Below are positions 37,390 through 51,565 of a stretch of 64,000 nt of DNA, piece after piece. The notes under the pieces were generated by a model that worked only from the letters and a program-made list of their open reading frames with translations, did not search any database and was not told the origin of the DNA. The first letter of the stretch is position 1. Each line of letters begins with the position of its first letter. The stretch spans positions 23,906 through 87,905 of the forward strand of contig JAGXRZ010000040.1 in NCBI GenBank assembly GCA_018335585.1, in the 5' to 3' direction. The position numbers and the translations under genes were made by a program. This stretch comes from Selenomonadales bacterium. Its GTDB lineage: Bacteria > Bacillota > UBA994.

Positions 37390-37513
37390 CTCCCAAAGTA
37401 CGCGTTATTCACGTTATCATCTACTACGCGAGCGGTAGGGCAAAGTTTCTCACCGGCGGCATGTTTTCGCACTGCCTGGCGGAGCTTCCCGACACTTCGA
37501 CCTTCTTGTCGTA

Positions 37514-37527
37514 ATTTCCCGGGAAAT
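37514..37527. promoter_or_regulatory. Perfect 14-bp palindrome ATTTCCCGGGAAAT
   Basis: ~125 bp upstream of the nfeD start (minus strand) in the divergent intergenic region. Confidence 0.3.
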
Positions 37528-37653
37528 AGGGTTTTTGCGGGACAGAAACATGTCACAATACAGCAGTTGATTGCCCTCGTCGTCGAACAAACACGCCTGA
37601 TGCCGAACCATACCACTACAGCTAGTGGTGTGAGAAAATTGTACCACAAAATA

Positions 37654-37681
37654 TTGACATTGCCATGTTCTGTGGTAGAAT
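37654..37681 (+). promoter_or_regulatory. Sigma-A promoter TTGACA-16-TAGAAT for the response-regulator gene
   Basis: ttgaca ttgccatgttctgtgg tagaat ~20 nt before RBS TAGGGGG; TGTGGTA/TACCACA inverted repeats overlap it. Confidence 0.55.
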
Positions 37682-37700
37682 TTATGTAGGGGTATAGGGG

Positions 37701-38102
37701 GTGAGCAGCCTGACAAACAAGCGAGTGCTGATCATCGACGACCAAGCTGGGATTAGGGCGTTGTTTCGCGAAGTGTTTGGCATTTTCGGTTGTGAAGTAG
37801 TGGAAGCAGGAAATGGCTATGAGGGCGTAGAGGTCGCTTCCGAGTGTGCGCCCGATATTATCTTTCTTGATATGAAAATGCCCGGGCTCTCCGGCATTGA
37901 GACGCTACGCATCTTGCGGCGCGACAAAGAAGTAGGCGTGCCGGTGGTGCTAGTAACTGCTTACCAAGAGGCAGATATGATCAACGAAGCCGAGCGCCTC
38001 GGTGTGGCGGCGAGCCTTTTGAAGCCCTTTGACGTAGAAGAGCTGTGCGGCCTGATGCGCAGTCTAACCACTCCGCTCCCGCGAAAAGTTGCCGGGATGT
38101 AA
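37701..38102 (+). CDS. Single-domain response regulator (CheY-like receiver)
   Basis: 133 aa REC domain with conserved DD...D (phospho-acceptor in FLDMKMPG) ...T...K pattern; no output domain. Confidence 0.85.
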   Translation: MSSLTNKRVLIIDDQAGIRALFREVFGIFGCEVVEAGNGYEGVEVASECAPDIIFLDMKMPGLSGIETLRILRRDKEVGVPVVLVTAYQEADMINEAERLGVAASLLKPFDVEELCGLMRSLTTPLPRKVAGM

Positions 38103-38187
38103 AGTGCTCTGGTAAGATGAATATGGCGACGGACACCCGTACCCTGCTAGGCCGCGCGGTGTCTTTTGTTTTAAGGAGTTGACAGCG

Positions 38188-42562
<4,375 letters not shown>

Positions 42563-42607
42563 ACGAATTTATCCGGATAGGCCGGATTGCTCTGATAGGA
42601 CGGATGA

Positions 42608-42656
42608 AAGGGACGATTCCACAGAGAACCGTCCCTTTTGTTTTTCTTTTGTTTTT
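42608..42656 (+). terminator. Rho-independent terminator after ligA
   Basis: aagggacg...cgtccctt stem followed by TTTGTTTTTCTTTTGTTTTT; the T-run abuts the convergent oppF stop. Confidence 0.75.
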
Positions 42657-43647
42657 ACTTTGCTAGGTGGCAGGCCACGAAGTGGTCGGGGCGAATTTCG
42701 CGCCATACGGGGTCGTCGACTTTGCACTGGTCTACCGCAATCGGACAGCGCGTGTGGAAGCGGCAGCCGGAAGGCGGGTTAACCGGGCTTGGCACGTCCC
42801 CTTTGAGCCTTTGCCTGTCCATGCTCATATCCGGGTCGGCATGGGGAATGGCCGAAAGCAGCGCCTGCGTATACGGGTGAGTCGGCTGCGCGTAGAGGTT
42901 TCTTGACGTAGTAAGCTCCACGAGTTTGCCGAGGTACATAACCCCTACCCGGTCACTAATGTGCTTGACGACACTTAAGTTATGGGCAATAAAGAGGTAC
43001 GTGAGGTCATGCTTCTGCTGTAGCTCTTTTAAGAGATTTAGAATTTGTGACTGGATAGAAACGTCAAGGGCCGATACCGGCTCGTCACAGACAATGAGCT
43101 TCGGGTTATAGATGACAGAGCGGGCAATACCGATACGCTGGCGCTGTCCACCGCTAAACTCGTGCGGGAAGCGGCGGTAGTGGTATGGCGCTAGGCCAAC
43201 TTCCTCAAGCATAGCGTGCACGCGTTCCGTGCGCTCCCGAACATTCGTCATTCCCTGCACCAAGAGCGGCTCCCCGATAATATCGCCTACCATCATGCGG
43301 GGGTTAAGCGAGGAGTATGGGTCTTGGAAGATGATGCCGAGGTCCTTGCGCTTCTTGCGCAGTTCTTCGGTGCGCAGCCTGCGCAGGTCAGTGCCTTCAA
43401 AGAGAATCTGACCGGCGGTCGGCTCGTGTAAGCGCAGGATAGTGCGCCCCGTCGTTGTTTTGCCGCAGCCGCTCTCGCCGACGAGCCCTAGTGTTTCTCC
43501 CTTGCGAATAAAGAAGCTTACGCCGTCGACAGCGCGGACGTAGTTCTTGGGCTTGCCAAACCAGCCGCCCTTAATGGGGAAGTGCTTTACAAGATTGTTA
43601 ACTTCTAAGAGATTAGGTGAATCGGTCTCTAGTCTCATTGCCATCAC
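42655..43647 (-). CDS. oppF: Oligopeptide/dipeptide ABC transporter ATP-binding protein (OppF/DppF type)
   Basis: Walker [13 protein letters not shown] signature LSGGQRQR, Walker B LIVCDEP, C-terminal oligopeptide-transporter extension with Cys. Confidence 0.9.
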   Translation of the reverse strand: MMAMRLETDSPNLLEVNNLVKHFPIKGGWFGKPKNYVRAVDGVSFFIRKGETLGLVGESGCGKTTTGRTILRLHEPTAGQILFEGTDLRRLRTEELRKKRKDLGIIFQDPYSSLNPRMMVGDIIGEPLLVQGMTNVRERTERVHAMLEEVGLAPYHYRRFPHEFSGGQRQRIGIARSVIYNPKLIVCDEPVSALDVSIQSQILNLLKELQQKHDLTYLFIAHNLSVVKHISDRVGVMYLGKLVELTTSRNLYAQPTHPYTQALLSAIPHADPDMSMDRQRLKGDVPSPVNPPSGCRFHTRCPIAVDQCKVDDPVWREIRPDHFVACHLAK

Positions 43648-43650
43648 GCT

Positions 43651-44634
43651 CTACCCCCTTGCCTCCCTGATAGGATACCAACAGCTAACTTTGTGCCCGG
43701 GCGCAGCCTCCACCAGTGTCGGCTGCTCGGCGCGGCACTTGTCTTGTACATAGGGGCAGCGCGGCCCAAAGCGGCATCCTTCCGGCAGGTACAAGAGGTT
43801 TGGCACCGTGCCGGAGATAACGTGCAGCTTCTCGACCTCGCGCGCGAGGTGCGGGATAGAATCAAGTAGACCGTGCGTATAAGGGTGCATCGGTTTCTTG
43901 AAGGTGTCGCGCACTGTAGCTTCTTCCACAACCTTACCTGCGTACATAACGACCACGCGGTCAGCCATGCTCGCGACTACGCCGAGGTCATGCGTAATGA
44001 GCATGATGCTCATGCCGAGCGTCTTGCGCAGGCCCCGCATCAGGTCGAGAATTTGCGCTTGAATAGTCACGTCTAGCGCTGTTGTCGGCTCATCCGCGAT
44101 TAAAAGCTTAGGGTTACAGGAGAGCGCCATGGCAATCATCACTCTTTGCCGCATGCCTCCCGAAAGCTGATGCGGGAACTCGTCAAAGCGGCGCTCGGCA
44201 AGTGGTATTTCAACTTTGCGCAGCATTTCAACCGTGCGCGCACGCGCCTCGCTCTTAGATACCTTTTGGTGCAGGATTATCGCCTCGGCAATTTGGTCGC
44301 CCACCGTATAGACAGGGTTAAGGCTGGTCATCGGCTCTTGGAAAATCATGCCGATGTCGTTGCCGCGGATTTCGCGCATTTCTTTTATGCTTAGCTTAAG
44401 CAGGTCTTTGCCGTCGAAGATAATCTCGCCGCGCTCAATCTTACCGGGCGGGCTCTTAATTAGGCGCATAATTGACAGCGCCGTTACGCTCTTGCCGCAA
44501 CCGCTCTCGCCCACTACGGCTAACGTTTCATCCTTGTCAATGTGCAGGGATACGCCGTCAACTGCGGGGACGATTCCTTCGCGAATGTGGAACGCGGTAC
44601 GGATATCTTTAACTTCAAGCATGGGACTAGACAT
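43651..44634 (-). CDS. oppD: Oligopeptide/dipeptide ABC transporter ATP-binding protein (OppD/DppD type)
   Basis: Walker [18 protein letters not shown] signature, Walker [13 protein letters not shown]; 4-bp gap to oppF. Confidence 0.9.
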   Translation of the reverse strand: MSSPMLEVKDIRTAFHIREGIVPAVDGVSLHIDKDETLAVVGESGCGKSVTALSIMRLIKSPPGKIERGEIIFDGKDLLKLSIKEMREIRGNDIGMIFQEPMTSLNPVYTVGDQIAEAIILHQKVSKSEARARTVEMLRKVEIPLAERRFDEFPHQLSGGMRQRVMIAMALSCNPKLLIADEPTTALDVTIQAQILDLMRGLRKTLGMSIMLITHDLGVVASMADRVVVMYAGKVVEEATVRDTFKKPMHPYTHGLLDSIPHLAREVEKLHVISGTVPNLLYLPEGCRFGPRCPYVQDKCRAEQPTLVEAAPGHKVSCWYPIREARG

Positions 44635-44857
44635 TACGGGCCTCCTCTCGCTGCGCTACCCATTTGCGATAACGCGCATCTACTACTGCTAGAACAAACA
44701 ACACGACTACCACTATAATATACCAAGGGCGGAAGTTAATGGCGAGGCCCTGGTGTTGCACCGAAAAGAAGACCATTAAAAAGCCAACTAACATGGGTAG
44801 AGTGAGGACAATCAACCATGCGACCATGCGCACGCACTTCGTCAGTTGCTCTACCAT
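44627..44857 (-). CDS. Small hypothetical membrane protein (76 aa, two TM helices)
   Basis: Overlaps the oppD start by 8 bp and the upstream 558-aa gene stop by 7 bp, a translational-coupling arrangement. Confidence 0.5.
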   Translation of the reverse strand: MVEQLTKCVRMVAWLIVLTLPMLVGFLMVFFSVQHQGLAINFRPWYIIVVVVLFVLAVVDARYRKWVAQREEARNV

Positions 44858-46527
44858 CGCCCCACCCCCGCCATAAACAAACTAGTAAAGGAATCACCTA
44901 TCACAAACAGCAAGCCGGCAAACGAGAGGGTAAGGAAATCGTCTGCGGGCATATCTGCCAAGTGAATTACGGCCACGGTAAGTGAGGCTGCCGCAAGCCA
45001 CGACACCACCGCCGTCCAACCCGGCAACATTACCGCGCCAAAGTACAGCAGGCTTCCCGGTTCTTTCAGCGCAACGATAATCGCAAACTGCAGGGCAAGA
45101 CGCAAGTAGCTGCCAAGTCTGCTGGATGAAAACAGGCCAAAGTGGCTCATCAACCAAATTGCGACCAAGCTAATTGCCATAGCGCCGGTTGCGCCAAAGG
45201 CGACAAACACTGCGCCGGTGAGCAGGCTCATGTACTTATACAGAGCGTCAGCCCATGGGGAATGCGGATTCAGGCCAACGCGAAAAGCTAGCGTGCGCTG
45301 TGCGGGCGTAGCGGTCTGGACGACATACAACTGGGAACGTCCGGCATTGTCGTGGCTGAAGAAGGATATGACGCCGACATTACCCACTAACAGCGGTCGC
45401 GCACCTAAGGCATGGCCACGCGTTATCGTGGCATATCCGGCTCGCACTGTATTGCCTGCACCGTCCCTAAGAATGCTCTTCACCTGCCAAGCGCGACCCA
45501 CCTCGACCATGGCGGCCACTAGGGTGCGCCCATCGTCGCTACGGGCTCCGCGTGCAGATAGAATTCGACCACGTAAATGTATGAGGCTGCTAAGTGGCTC
45601 TACCCATTCACCGTTAAGCAATCGTCCCTGTACCGGTTCCATGGGGATGACGCGTGCTGGGGTAACATGCATACGTTGCCAGATCACTGAAACTGATCCG
45701 TCAGGGTTGGCGAGGAGCGTAGGTGCGTGCTCATAGTCTTGGGGTATCGCTCCAAGCTCGGTTGTGGCTAAACGTGTGAGCATGGGCAGTTCATAGAGGT
45801 GATAGCGCGCCCAAGAGAGATGCTGTCGATGCCTGTGAAACACCAAATGCAGTCTATCGCCGGCAAGGGCGATGGTAGGTACGGTAGCCAGCTCATCCGG
45901 CGTGGTGAGGCGTGTCACCAGAGGTGTTTCGCTGCCGGACGTGAAACTCAGCAGATGAATCGCGTGGTGACCGTCAATCGCGGCACTCAGTGCGATGTAA
46001 AATGTGTCGTCATCGGCGGCGGCTACGGCAGGGGAGTCGGCAAGTGCCGGGGTACGCCAGAGGATGTCCTGCCGCAAAAGCTGTCCATTTGTGTCCAACT
46101 TTGCCCTGTGTAGAGTGCTCTCGATGCCTTCTTGCCGCTCTATCCAAAACACAGATAGTCCGGCATCAGATTCTAGCAAGGTGAACCCGCGCAATAGGTG
46201 TGTTACGGGGAGCGTGATATTGGTCACGGCCGCATTTCTCTCTAGGCTGAAGAGTGTAACTTGAAGTACGGTTGCAGGCCCCTGATAACCCACCGAAGCT
46301 AACCACAGGCTGTCGAACCCAGCCGGAGCGCTGAGGTGCCCGTAGTGCGGCCTTGCTTCAATGACACTTTGTTCGCGTGACCAGCCATCCGGCCAAGCTG
46401 ACGGAGCTGCCGCATGGGCAGTTGTACTAAGCATGGCGACTGACAGCAGTACGAGTACAACCAGCGCTAGAGCGGCTTGGCGACTATTTAAGTTTCGGGT
46501 CGAGCGCATCGCGTAAACCATCACCAA
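44851..46527 (-). CDS. Hypothetical exported beta-rich protein with C-terminal polytopic membrane domain (558 aa)
   Basis: N-terminal signal/anchor (AALALVVLVLLSVAMLSTTAHAAAP), ~400-aa region of recurring hydrophobic/His-containing strands (LHLVFHRH, VSVIWQR, LSVFWIERQ, HAIHLLSF), then four to five C-terminal TM helices. No recognisable catalytic motif. Overlaps the oppC 3' end by ~44 bp; true start may be a downstream ATG/GTG. Confidence 0.55.
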   Translation of the reverse strand: MVMVYAMRSTRNLNSRQAALALVVLVLLSVAMLSTTAHAAAPSAWPDGWSREQSVIEARPHYGHLSAPAGFDSLWLASVGYQGPATVLQVTLFSLERNAAVTNITLPVTHLLRGFTLLESDAGLSVFWIERQEGIESTLHRAKLDTNGQLLRQDILWRTPALADSPAVAAADDDTFYIALSAAIDGHHAIHLLSFTSGSETPLVTRLTTPDELATVPTIALAGDRLHLVFHRHRQHLSWARYHLYELPMLTRLATTELGAIPQDYEHAPTLLANPDGSVSVIWQRMHVTPARVIPMEPVQGRLLNGEWVEPLSSLIHLRGRILSARGARSDDGRTLVAAMVEVGRAWQVKSILRDGAGNTVRAGYATITRGHALGARPLLVGNVGVISFFSHDNAGRSQLYVVQTATPAQRTLAFRVGLNPHSPWADALYKYMSLLTGAVFVAFGATGAMAISLVAIWLMSHFGLFSSSRLGSYLRLALQFAIIVALKEPGSLLYFGAVMLPGWTAVVSWLAAASLTVAVIHLADMPADDFLTLSFAGLLFVIGDSFTSLFMAGVGRW

Positions 46528-47374
46528 TATAGTTGTACGCCAAGACGGTAAGGAAGATTAGCAGGCCGGGGATATACGTCATATGCGGGGCAAAGCGTAG
46601 CGTATGGCGCCCGGCTTCCATTAAGGAGCCCCAGCTTGGAGGGTCTGTTACGCCGAGGCCAATAAAGGCCAACCCGGCTTCGGTCAACATAGCGCCGCCG
46701 ACGCGAAGCGTGGTCGATACAATGATGGGGGCCATGCAGTTTGGAAGAATGTGCTGCATGACGATGCGCGAGTTGCGTGCCCCTACCGAGCGTGCCGCTT
46801 CAACGTAGTCCATCTCGCGTAAGGATAGGAACTGTCCGCGCACCAGACGCGCCGCAGAAGGCCACGTCGTAAACCCGATAACCAACATAATATTGAGCAA
46901 GCTGCGCTCAAACACAGCTACTACGGTAAGTAGCAAGAAGAAGGTGGGAATAGCCATCATAACTTCGCAGATGCGCATAATCACATCGTCGATTACGCCG
47001 CCAAAGTAGCCAGCCACTGCGCCTGCTAAAGTCCCAAGCGACATGGCAATGCCGGCCGCTACAAAGCCTACCATTAGACTAATGCGAGCGCCATGCAAGG
47101 TGCGGCTGTAGAGGTCGCGACCCAAACGGTCAGTTCCGAAAGGGAATTCGCGGCTCATCGGCTCAAAGCGGCCGCCGACGTGGATGGCCATGGGGTCGTG
47201 CGGTGCGATATAGGGGGCGATGATGGCGATAAAGTACAGCAACACTAAGACGCCGGTGAAGAACATAGCCAACTTATGTCGACGGAAGCGGTACCAGGTA
47301 AGTGACCAGAAGGTTTCTTCTTTCGCGCTCATCCCGGTAAAAGGTTTTGTCACCTGTGGGTTTGCCGTAGCCAT
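46484..47374 (-). CDS. oppC: Oligopeptide ABC transporter permease (OppC/DppC type)
   Basis: 296 aa, six TM helices, BPD-transporter EAA-like loop (SVGARNSRIVMQHILPN). Confidence 0.9.
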   Translation of the reverse strand: MATANPQVTKPFTGMSAKEETFWSLTWYRFRRHKLAMFFTGVLVLLYFIAIIAPYIAPHDPMAIHVGGRFEPMSREFPFGTDRLGRDLYSRTLHGARISLMVGFVAAGIAMSLGTLAGAVAGYFGGVIDDVIMRICEVMMAIPTFFLLLTVVAVFERSLLNIMLVIGFTTWPSAARLVRGQFLSLREMDYVEAARSVGARNSRIVMQHILPNCMAPIIVSTTLRVGGAMLTEAGLAFIGLGVTDPPSWGSLMEAGRHTLRFAPHMTYIPGLLIFLTVLAYNYIGDGLRDALDPKLK

Positions 47375-47386
47375 TATGTCACCTAC

Positions 47387-48364
47387 CTAATACTTAATGC
47401 GTGGATCAACCACAACGTAGAGAATATCCGCAATGAGCATGCCAAGCACTAGCATGGTCGCCCCCATGAGGTTAAAGGCCATAATAACCTGGTAGTCTCG
47501 CGTGAATATCGCACTTAACGCTAACAGACCGACGCCAGGCCAAGCAAATATACTCTCGATTACAATCTGCCCACCCAACATGCCGCTAAATGTAAAGCCA
47601 AGAGTAGTTACAATAGGCAGCAAGCTGTTACGGAGAGCATGCTTAAAGATTACGACGCGCTCAGACAAACCCTTGGCCCGCGCTGTGCGCACATAGTCTT
47701 GGTTAACTTCGTCGAGCATGCTAGCGCGCATAAAGCGGACAAGCCCTGCCAAACCTCCAAATACGCCGACAGTCAGAGGCAGGATCAAATAGCGCAGTCG
47801 GTCGCTAAACCACTCCATAAAGGGTACTTGGCCCCACTCTACGCCAAACGTAGCCAAACCAGAAATAGGAATGAACTCAACATTCATCGCGACATAATAG
47901 ATAAGCATCATCGCAAAAAAGAATCCGGGCATAGCGCTCCCAATAAAAGCCATGAAGGTCATGATATGGTCAAACCATGAATACTGCTTCACAGCGGAGA
48001 TGATGCCTATTGGCAGAGCAATTAGGTACACAAAGAACACAATCAAGAGATTCAGAACAATGGTCGCTGGCATGCGCTCCATAATCATATCAAAGACTGG
48101 TCGCGCCGTGATTAAGGAGTGGCCGAAATTGCCGCTCACAACATTCCGCAACCAACGGAAATATTGGATGTGAACGGGTTGGTCTAAACCCCACAAGGCT
48201 ATCAGGCGTGCATTGTCTTCAGCTGTAGCGTCAATAGACTCACCAACCATATCGGCAAAGCTACCTGGGGCCAATTGGATAATGGTGAAGGTCAAGATAG
48301 ATACGCCGATAAGGAGAAAGATTGACTGGAGGAGTCTCCCCGCAATATAGCGTCCCAAGCTCAA
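47387..48364 (-). CDS. oppB: Oligopeptide ABC transporter permease (OppB/DppB type)
   Basis: 325 aa permease with EAA motif region (TARAKGLSERVVIFKHALRN); TTG start with AGGAAGGAG RBS. Confidence 0.9.
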   Translation of the reverse strand: MSLGRYIAGRLLQSIFLLIGVSILTFTIIQLAPGSFADMVGESIDATAEDNARLIALWGLDQPVHIQYFRWLRNVVSGNFGHSLITARPVFDMIMERMPATIVLNLLIVFFVYLIALPIGIISAVKQYSWFDHIMTFMAFIGSAMPGFFFAMMLIYYVAMNVEFIPISGLATFGVEWGQVPFMEWFSDRLRYLILPLTVGVFGGLAGLVRFMRASMLDEVNQDYVRTARAKGLSERVVIFKHALRNSLLPIVTTLGFTFSGMLGGQIVIESIFAWPGVGLLALSAIFTRDYQVIMAFNLMGATMLVLGMLIADILYVVVDPRIKY

Positions 48365-48396
48365 AGCTCCTTCCTAGGTATAGATTTGCACAAAGG

Positions 48397-48420
48397 AGGG
48401 GCAGAGCGTAGCTCTGCCCC
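48397..48420 (-). promoter_or_regulatory. Intercistronic stem-loop between oppA and oppB
   Basis: Perfect 10-bp stem ggggcagagc/gctctgcccc with 4-nt loop, 14 nt after the oppA stop and before the oppB RBS; no U-tract. The classical arrangement for differential SBP/permease expression in opp operons. Confidence 0.6.
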
Positions 48421-48433
48421 TTCGCAGAAGTGG

Positions 48434-50410
48434 CTACCTTCTAATAAAACGGGCCTCTGCAATGATCGTGCCAATGGGCGACTCTATGATGCCGTCGACC
48501 CGCTTTGCGACACCACGAACCAGTGTCCGCTGCCACAGCCAGATGTAGGGCAGTTCACGGTTAAGGATTTGGTCAACCTGCTGGTACATGGCGCGGCGCT
48601 CGGCCACGTCGACTGTAAGACGACCAGCCTCAAGCAACCTGTCTACTTCTGCGTTGACGAATGGCTGGCGGTTGAACCCGCGGATATGACCGTCAGCACC
48701 ACGTACAGCCTGAGAGGAATGGAAGAAGGGGAACGGATCGGGATCAAGGCCAAGCGCCCAACCAATGATGACGACCTCAAAGCGGCTGAGAGTGAGGTCA
48801 TCAAGCATAACCGACCACTCAGTCGGACGGTCGGCCGCGTCTACACCAATCTCTCTCCACTGCCTTACAGCCATGGCGGCGGTGTCCTGGCGAATGGCGT
48901 TGCCGGTGTTCCATTGCACGCCGAGGCGCATAGGATCGCCGGTGGGGGAACCGTCGCGGCGGCGCATTGTTTGCCCGGCGGGTATACGCCAGCCGGCTTC
49001 ATCAAGCAACTGACGGGCGCGTGTCTGGTTAAAGGCATAGGTGTTGAGGTTTGCCGCGCCGCTGGCCCAAGTAGTTGGAATCTGGTGGGAGTTAACTACG
49101 GTGCCGAGACCATTAAGAATGCTCCTAACCATAGCGGGCCTGTCGAGAGCAAGCTTCAGCGCCTCACGTACACGGCGGTCACGCAGAATTGGGTTCTCAA
49201 GGTTGAGCGACATATAGTCGTAGCCGTGGTTGGGGATATCGCGGAAGTTAGCGCGGGTTGCCATCTCCCGTCGTACGCGGTCAACTGCATCGGGGGTGAT
49301 AGTCATCCAGTCGATATCGCCTGCTTCAAACGCTGCCTGCATAACGTTAATGTCGGCGTAGCGCCTAAAGACGATCTGGTCGATGTAAGGACGAGGAGCC
49401 ATCCAGAAATGTGGATTACGCCGCAATGCGGCGAATTGCCCGGGGATAATACGGTCGAGTAAGTATGGACCTGCGCCAATCGGTTGGCGGCTAAAGGAGT
49501 GTGCGCGATGTTCACGCACAGGTACGTTGCCGAGGATGTGGTGGGGGATAATCCCAAGGCCAATGTTAAGGAGGAAGGGCGCGTCTACTTGGCGCATTCT
49601 AAAGCGCACGATGTGGTCGCCTGAGGTAGTAATTTCGGCAACATGCTGCACGTTAGTGCGACGCACGCCGTCATAGTCAGGGTGCAGGATAGTGTCATAC
49701 GTGAACTTAACGTCGCGCGCGGTAAGCGGACGACCGTCGCTCCACCGGACATCCGGCCGCAGCCAGAAGGTCCAAGTGAGGCTAGCCTGATCCCACGACC
49801 AACGATCAGCAATAGAATTGCGCACCGTCAAGTCCACTGCTGTGCGGACAAGGCCATAGCTAATCCAACCATGGATGTCTGATGAAGCGGTGTCTGTGCT
49901 CAGAATCGGGTTTAGAATAACAGGCTCGGATATAGCACCAAAAGTAATAGTGCCGCCGATTGGCTTTGCTGTGTAGGGGGTATGTTGTACGGTTACGGTG
50001 CGAGTAGCGTCAACCCAAGCGACCTCTGCACCTAGGGCTTCAGCTACAAAGCGGAGCGGCACCATCGTGCGGCCGCCGACGGCTACCGGGGCTACGTCGA
50101 GTTGGCGGGAGGGGCCGTTCACCCAAGCCGTGCGGTTACCAAGCTGCAGGACAATGGCGTCCTCGCGGCGGTAGGCGCGGATGGTGCTAGTGGCGTCATC
50201 CCAGTGTACTTGAGCGCCAAGCGCTTCGAAGATTGCGCGCATCGGCACGAGAGTACGGCCGTTTTGAATGGTGGGAGCTACGTCCATCGTCAGGGGAGCG
50301 CCGTTAATCGTTACGCGAATGGGGGTGTTAGCTTGGGCTAGGGGTAGCCCTAAGAACATCGTCGCCACCATTGCCAACACGGCAAAACCAACCAGAGATT
50401 TTCTTAGCAA
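48434..50410 (-). CDS. oppA: Oligopeptide-binding protein OppA (SBP family 5) with two N-terminal copper-amine-oxidase-N-like stalk domains
   Basis: Signal peptide, then two ~45-aa repeats (TLVPMRAIFEALGAQVHWDDATSTI / TMVPLRFVAEALGAEVAWVDATRTV), then a ~500-aa family-5 SBP domain. Confidence 0.85.
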   Translation of the reverse strand: MLRKSLVGFAVLAMVATMFLGLPLAQANTPIRVTINGAPLTMDVAPTIQNGRTLVPMRAIFEALGAQVHWDDATSTIRAYRREDAIVLQLGNRTAWVNGPSRQLDVAPVAVGGRTMVPLRFVAEALGAEVAWVDATRTVTVQHTPYTAKPIGGTITFGAISEPVILNPILSTDTASSDIHGWISYGLVRTAVDLTVRNSIADRWSWDQASLTWTFWLRPDVRWSDGRPLTARDVKFTYDTILHPDYDGVRRTNVQHVAEITTSGDHIVRFRMRQVDAPFLLNIGLGIIPHHILGNVPVREHRAHSFSRQPIGAGPYLLDRIIPGQFAALRRNPHFWMAPRPYIDQIVFRRYADINVMQAAFEAGDIDWMTITPDAVDRVRREMATRANFRDIPNHGYDYMSLNLENPILRDRRVREALKLALDRPAMVRSILNGLGTVVNSHQIPTTWASGAANLNTYAFNQTRARQLLDEAGWRIPAGQTMRRRDGSPTGDPMRLGVQWNTGNAIRQDTAAMAVRQWREIGVDAADRPTEWSVMLDDLTLSRFEVVIIGWALGLDPDPFPFFHSSQAVRGADGHIRGFNRQPFVNAEVDRLLEAGRLTVDVAERRAMYQQVDQILNRELPYIWLWQRTLVRGVAKRVDGIIESPIGTIIAEARFIRR

Positions 50411-50608
50411 CTTTCTTCACTCCTTTTTCTTTTGTTGGGCATCTAGGAAAAAGCCTATGTAGTGGCCGAAACCACCTCCTAAAGATGATAAGAATAAGAC
50501 TGCTCTCGCTTTATTCTACATGCTAATTTGGAATCCTGCTATAATTCTCGCACTTCTAATCCGTGAATTTTTTGTTACTTTTAACGCGGGCCAAATATGA
50601 AGTTTCCG

Positions 50609-50899
50609 TCATAAAAAGGCTTGCCTGACTGCGGTGATAGCATAGTATGAAACAAAGTAGAAGAAGAGCGCAAAGTAGGCGAGGAGCACCAAGCGCGCTA
50701 ACCGTGCCTTAGCGCCTCGCGGGTACCGAAAGACGAACTCGTCACACAGAAGCTTAGATATAGCTATAGACAGCAGCCCAACCAACATATTTACCCAATA
50801 GGCGGCAACAAAGTCAATCACCAAAAACGGCATCGCCAGCCCTCCTTTGACAGTCCATTGCTGTGGTATTCTTTCATTGATATGCTTACAGTGAACCAA
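50609..50899 (-). CDS. Hypothetical small membrane protein (96 aa)
   Basis: Three predicted TM segments; AT-rich promoter region; divergent from plsY, upstream of oppA. Confidence 0.35.
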   Translation of the reverse strand: MVHCKHINERIPQQWTVKGGLAMPFLVIDFVAAYWVNMLVGLLSIAISKLLCDEFVFRYPRGAKARLARLVLLAYFALFFYFVSYYAITAVRQAFL

Positions 50900-50925
50900 T
50901 TAGGAATTTGAGGAGGAAGGAATAG

Positions 50926-51561
50926 ATGGTTGATGCACTTGTCGCGGTGTTAGCGGCCTATCTTTGTGGCTCCTTGTTGTTTGGCGTGATTTTAAGCAAG
51001 TGGCTTAAAGGCGTTGACATCCGCGGCTTAGATAATCCCGGCGGCACAGGCTCCATTCGCAAGTTTGGTTGGCGCTTTGGGCTTATGGTAGGCGTCCTTG
51101 ATGCGCTAAAGGGGGTAGCGGCAACTTATCTCGCTCACACGCTTACAGGCGACCCAATTGTCGTGATGCTTAGTGCAATGGCGGTAGTGGCAGGGCACAA
51201 CTGGCCAATCTATTTTTCCTTTCGCGGCGGCGGCGGGTTGGCACCGGCATTTGGCGTGATTATCTACCACTACCCGTTGGAGTTTGCGCTGGGGCTGATT
51301 CCGGCGCTACTTATGCTCGCGCTCTATAAGCGCACGCCTATACGCCGCTGGTTGCCGTTCATCGGACCGGTCCCGATTATAAGCGTAGTGGGCTTACTTA
51401 CTACCTTGGCCTTCGTCTGGCAACGGTACGGTTTTTTCCCCGGCAGCGCAACAATAATAGCTATGGGCATTCCCATAGCTATCGGTGGGTACGTTATGCT
51501 GTTGCGGGATAGAGAGAGGCGGAGGAGTGGAGTTGAGGGACGGAGGAGTGCGACATCCTAG
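50926..51561 (+). CDS. plsY: Glycerol-3-phosphate acyltransferase PlsY
   Basis: ~200 aa, five TM helices, conserved DxxxxNPGGTGSxR and GHNWP motifs; RBS GAGGAGGAAGG. Confidence 0.8.
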   Translation: MVDALVAVLAAYLCGSLLFGVILSKWLKGVDIRGLDNPGGTGSIRKFGWRFGLMVGVLDALKGVAATYLAHTLTGDPIVVMLSAMAVVAGHNWPIYFSFRGGGGLAPAFGVIIYHYPLEFALGLIPALLMLALYKRTPIRRWLPFIGPVPIISVVGLLTTLAFVWQRYGFFPGSATIIAMGIPIAIGGYVMLLRDRERRRSGVEGRRSATS

Positions 51562-51565
51562 GGGA

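Noticed and set aside
42563-42654. Bidirectional terminator shared by ligA and oppF
   Set aside because: The U-run is only on the + strand side; on the minus strand the hairpin is followed by TTTCATCC, so only ligA termination is supported.
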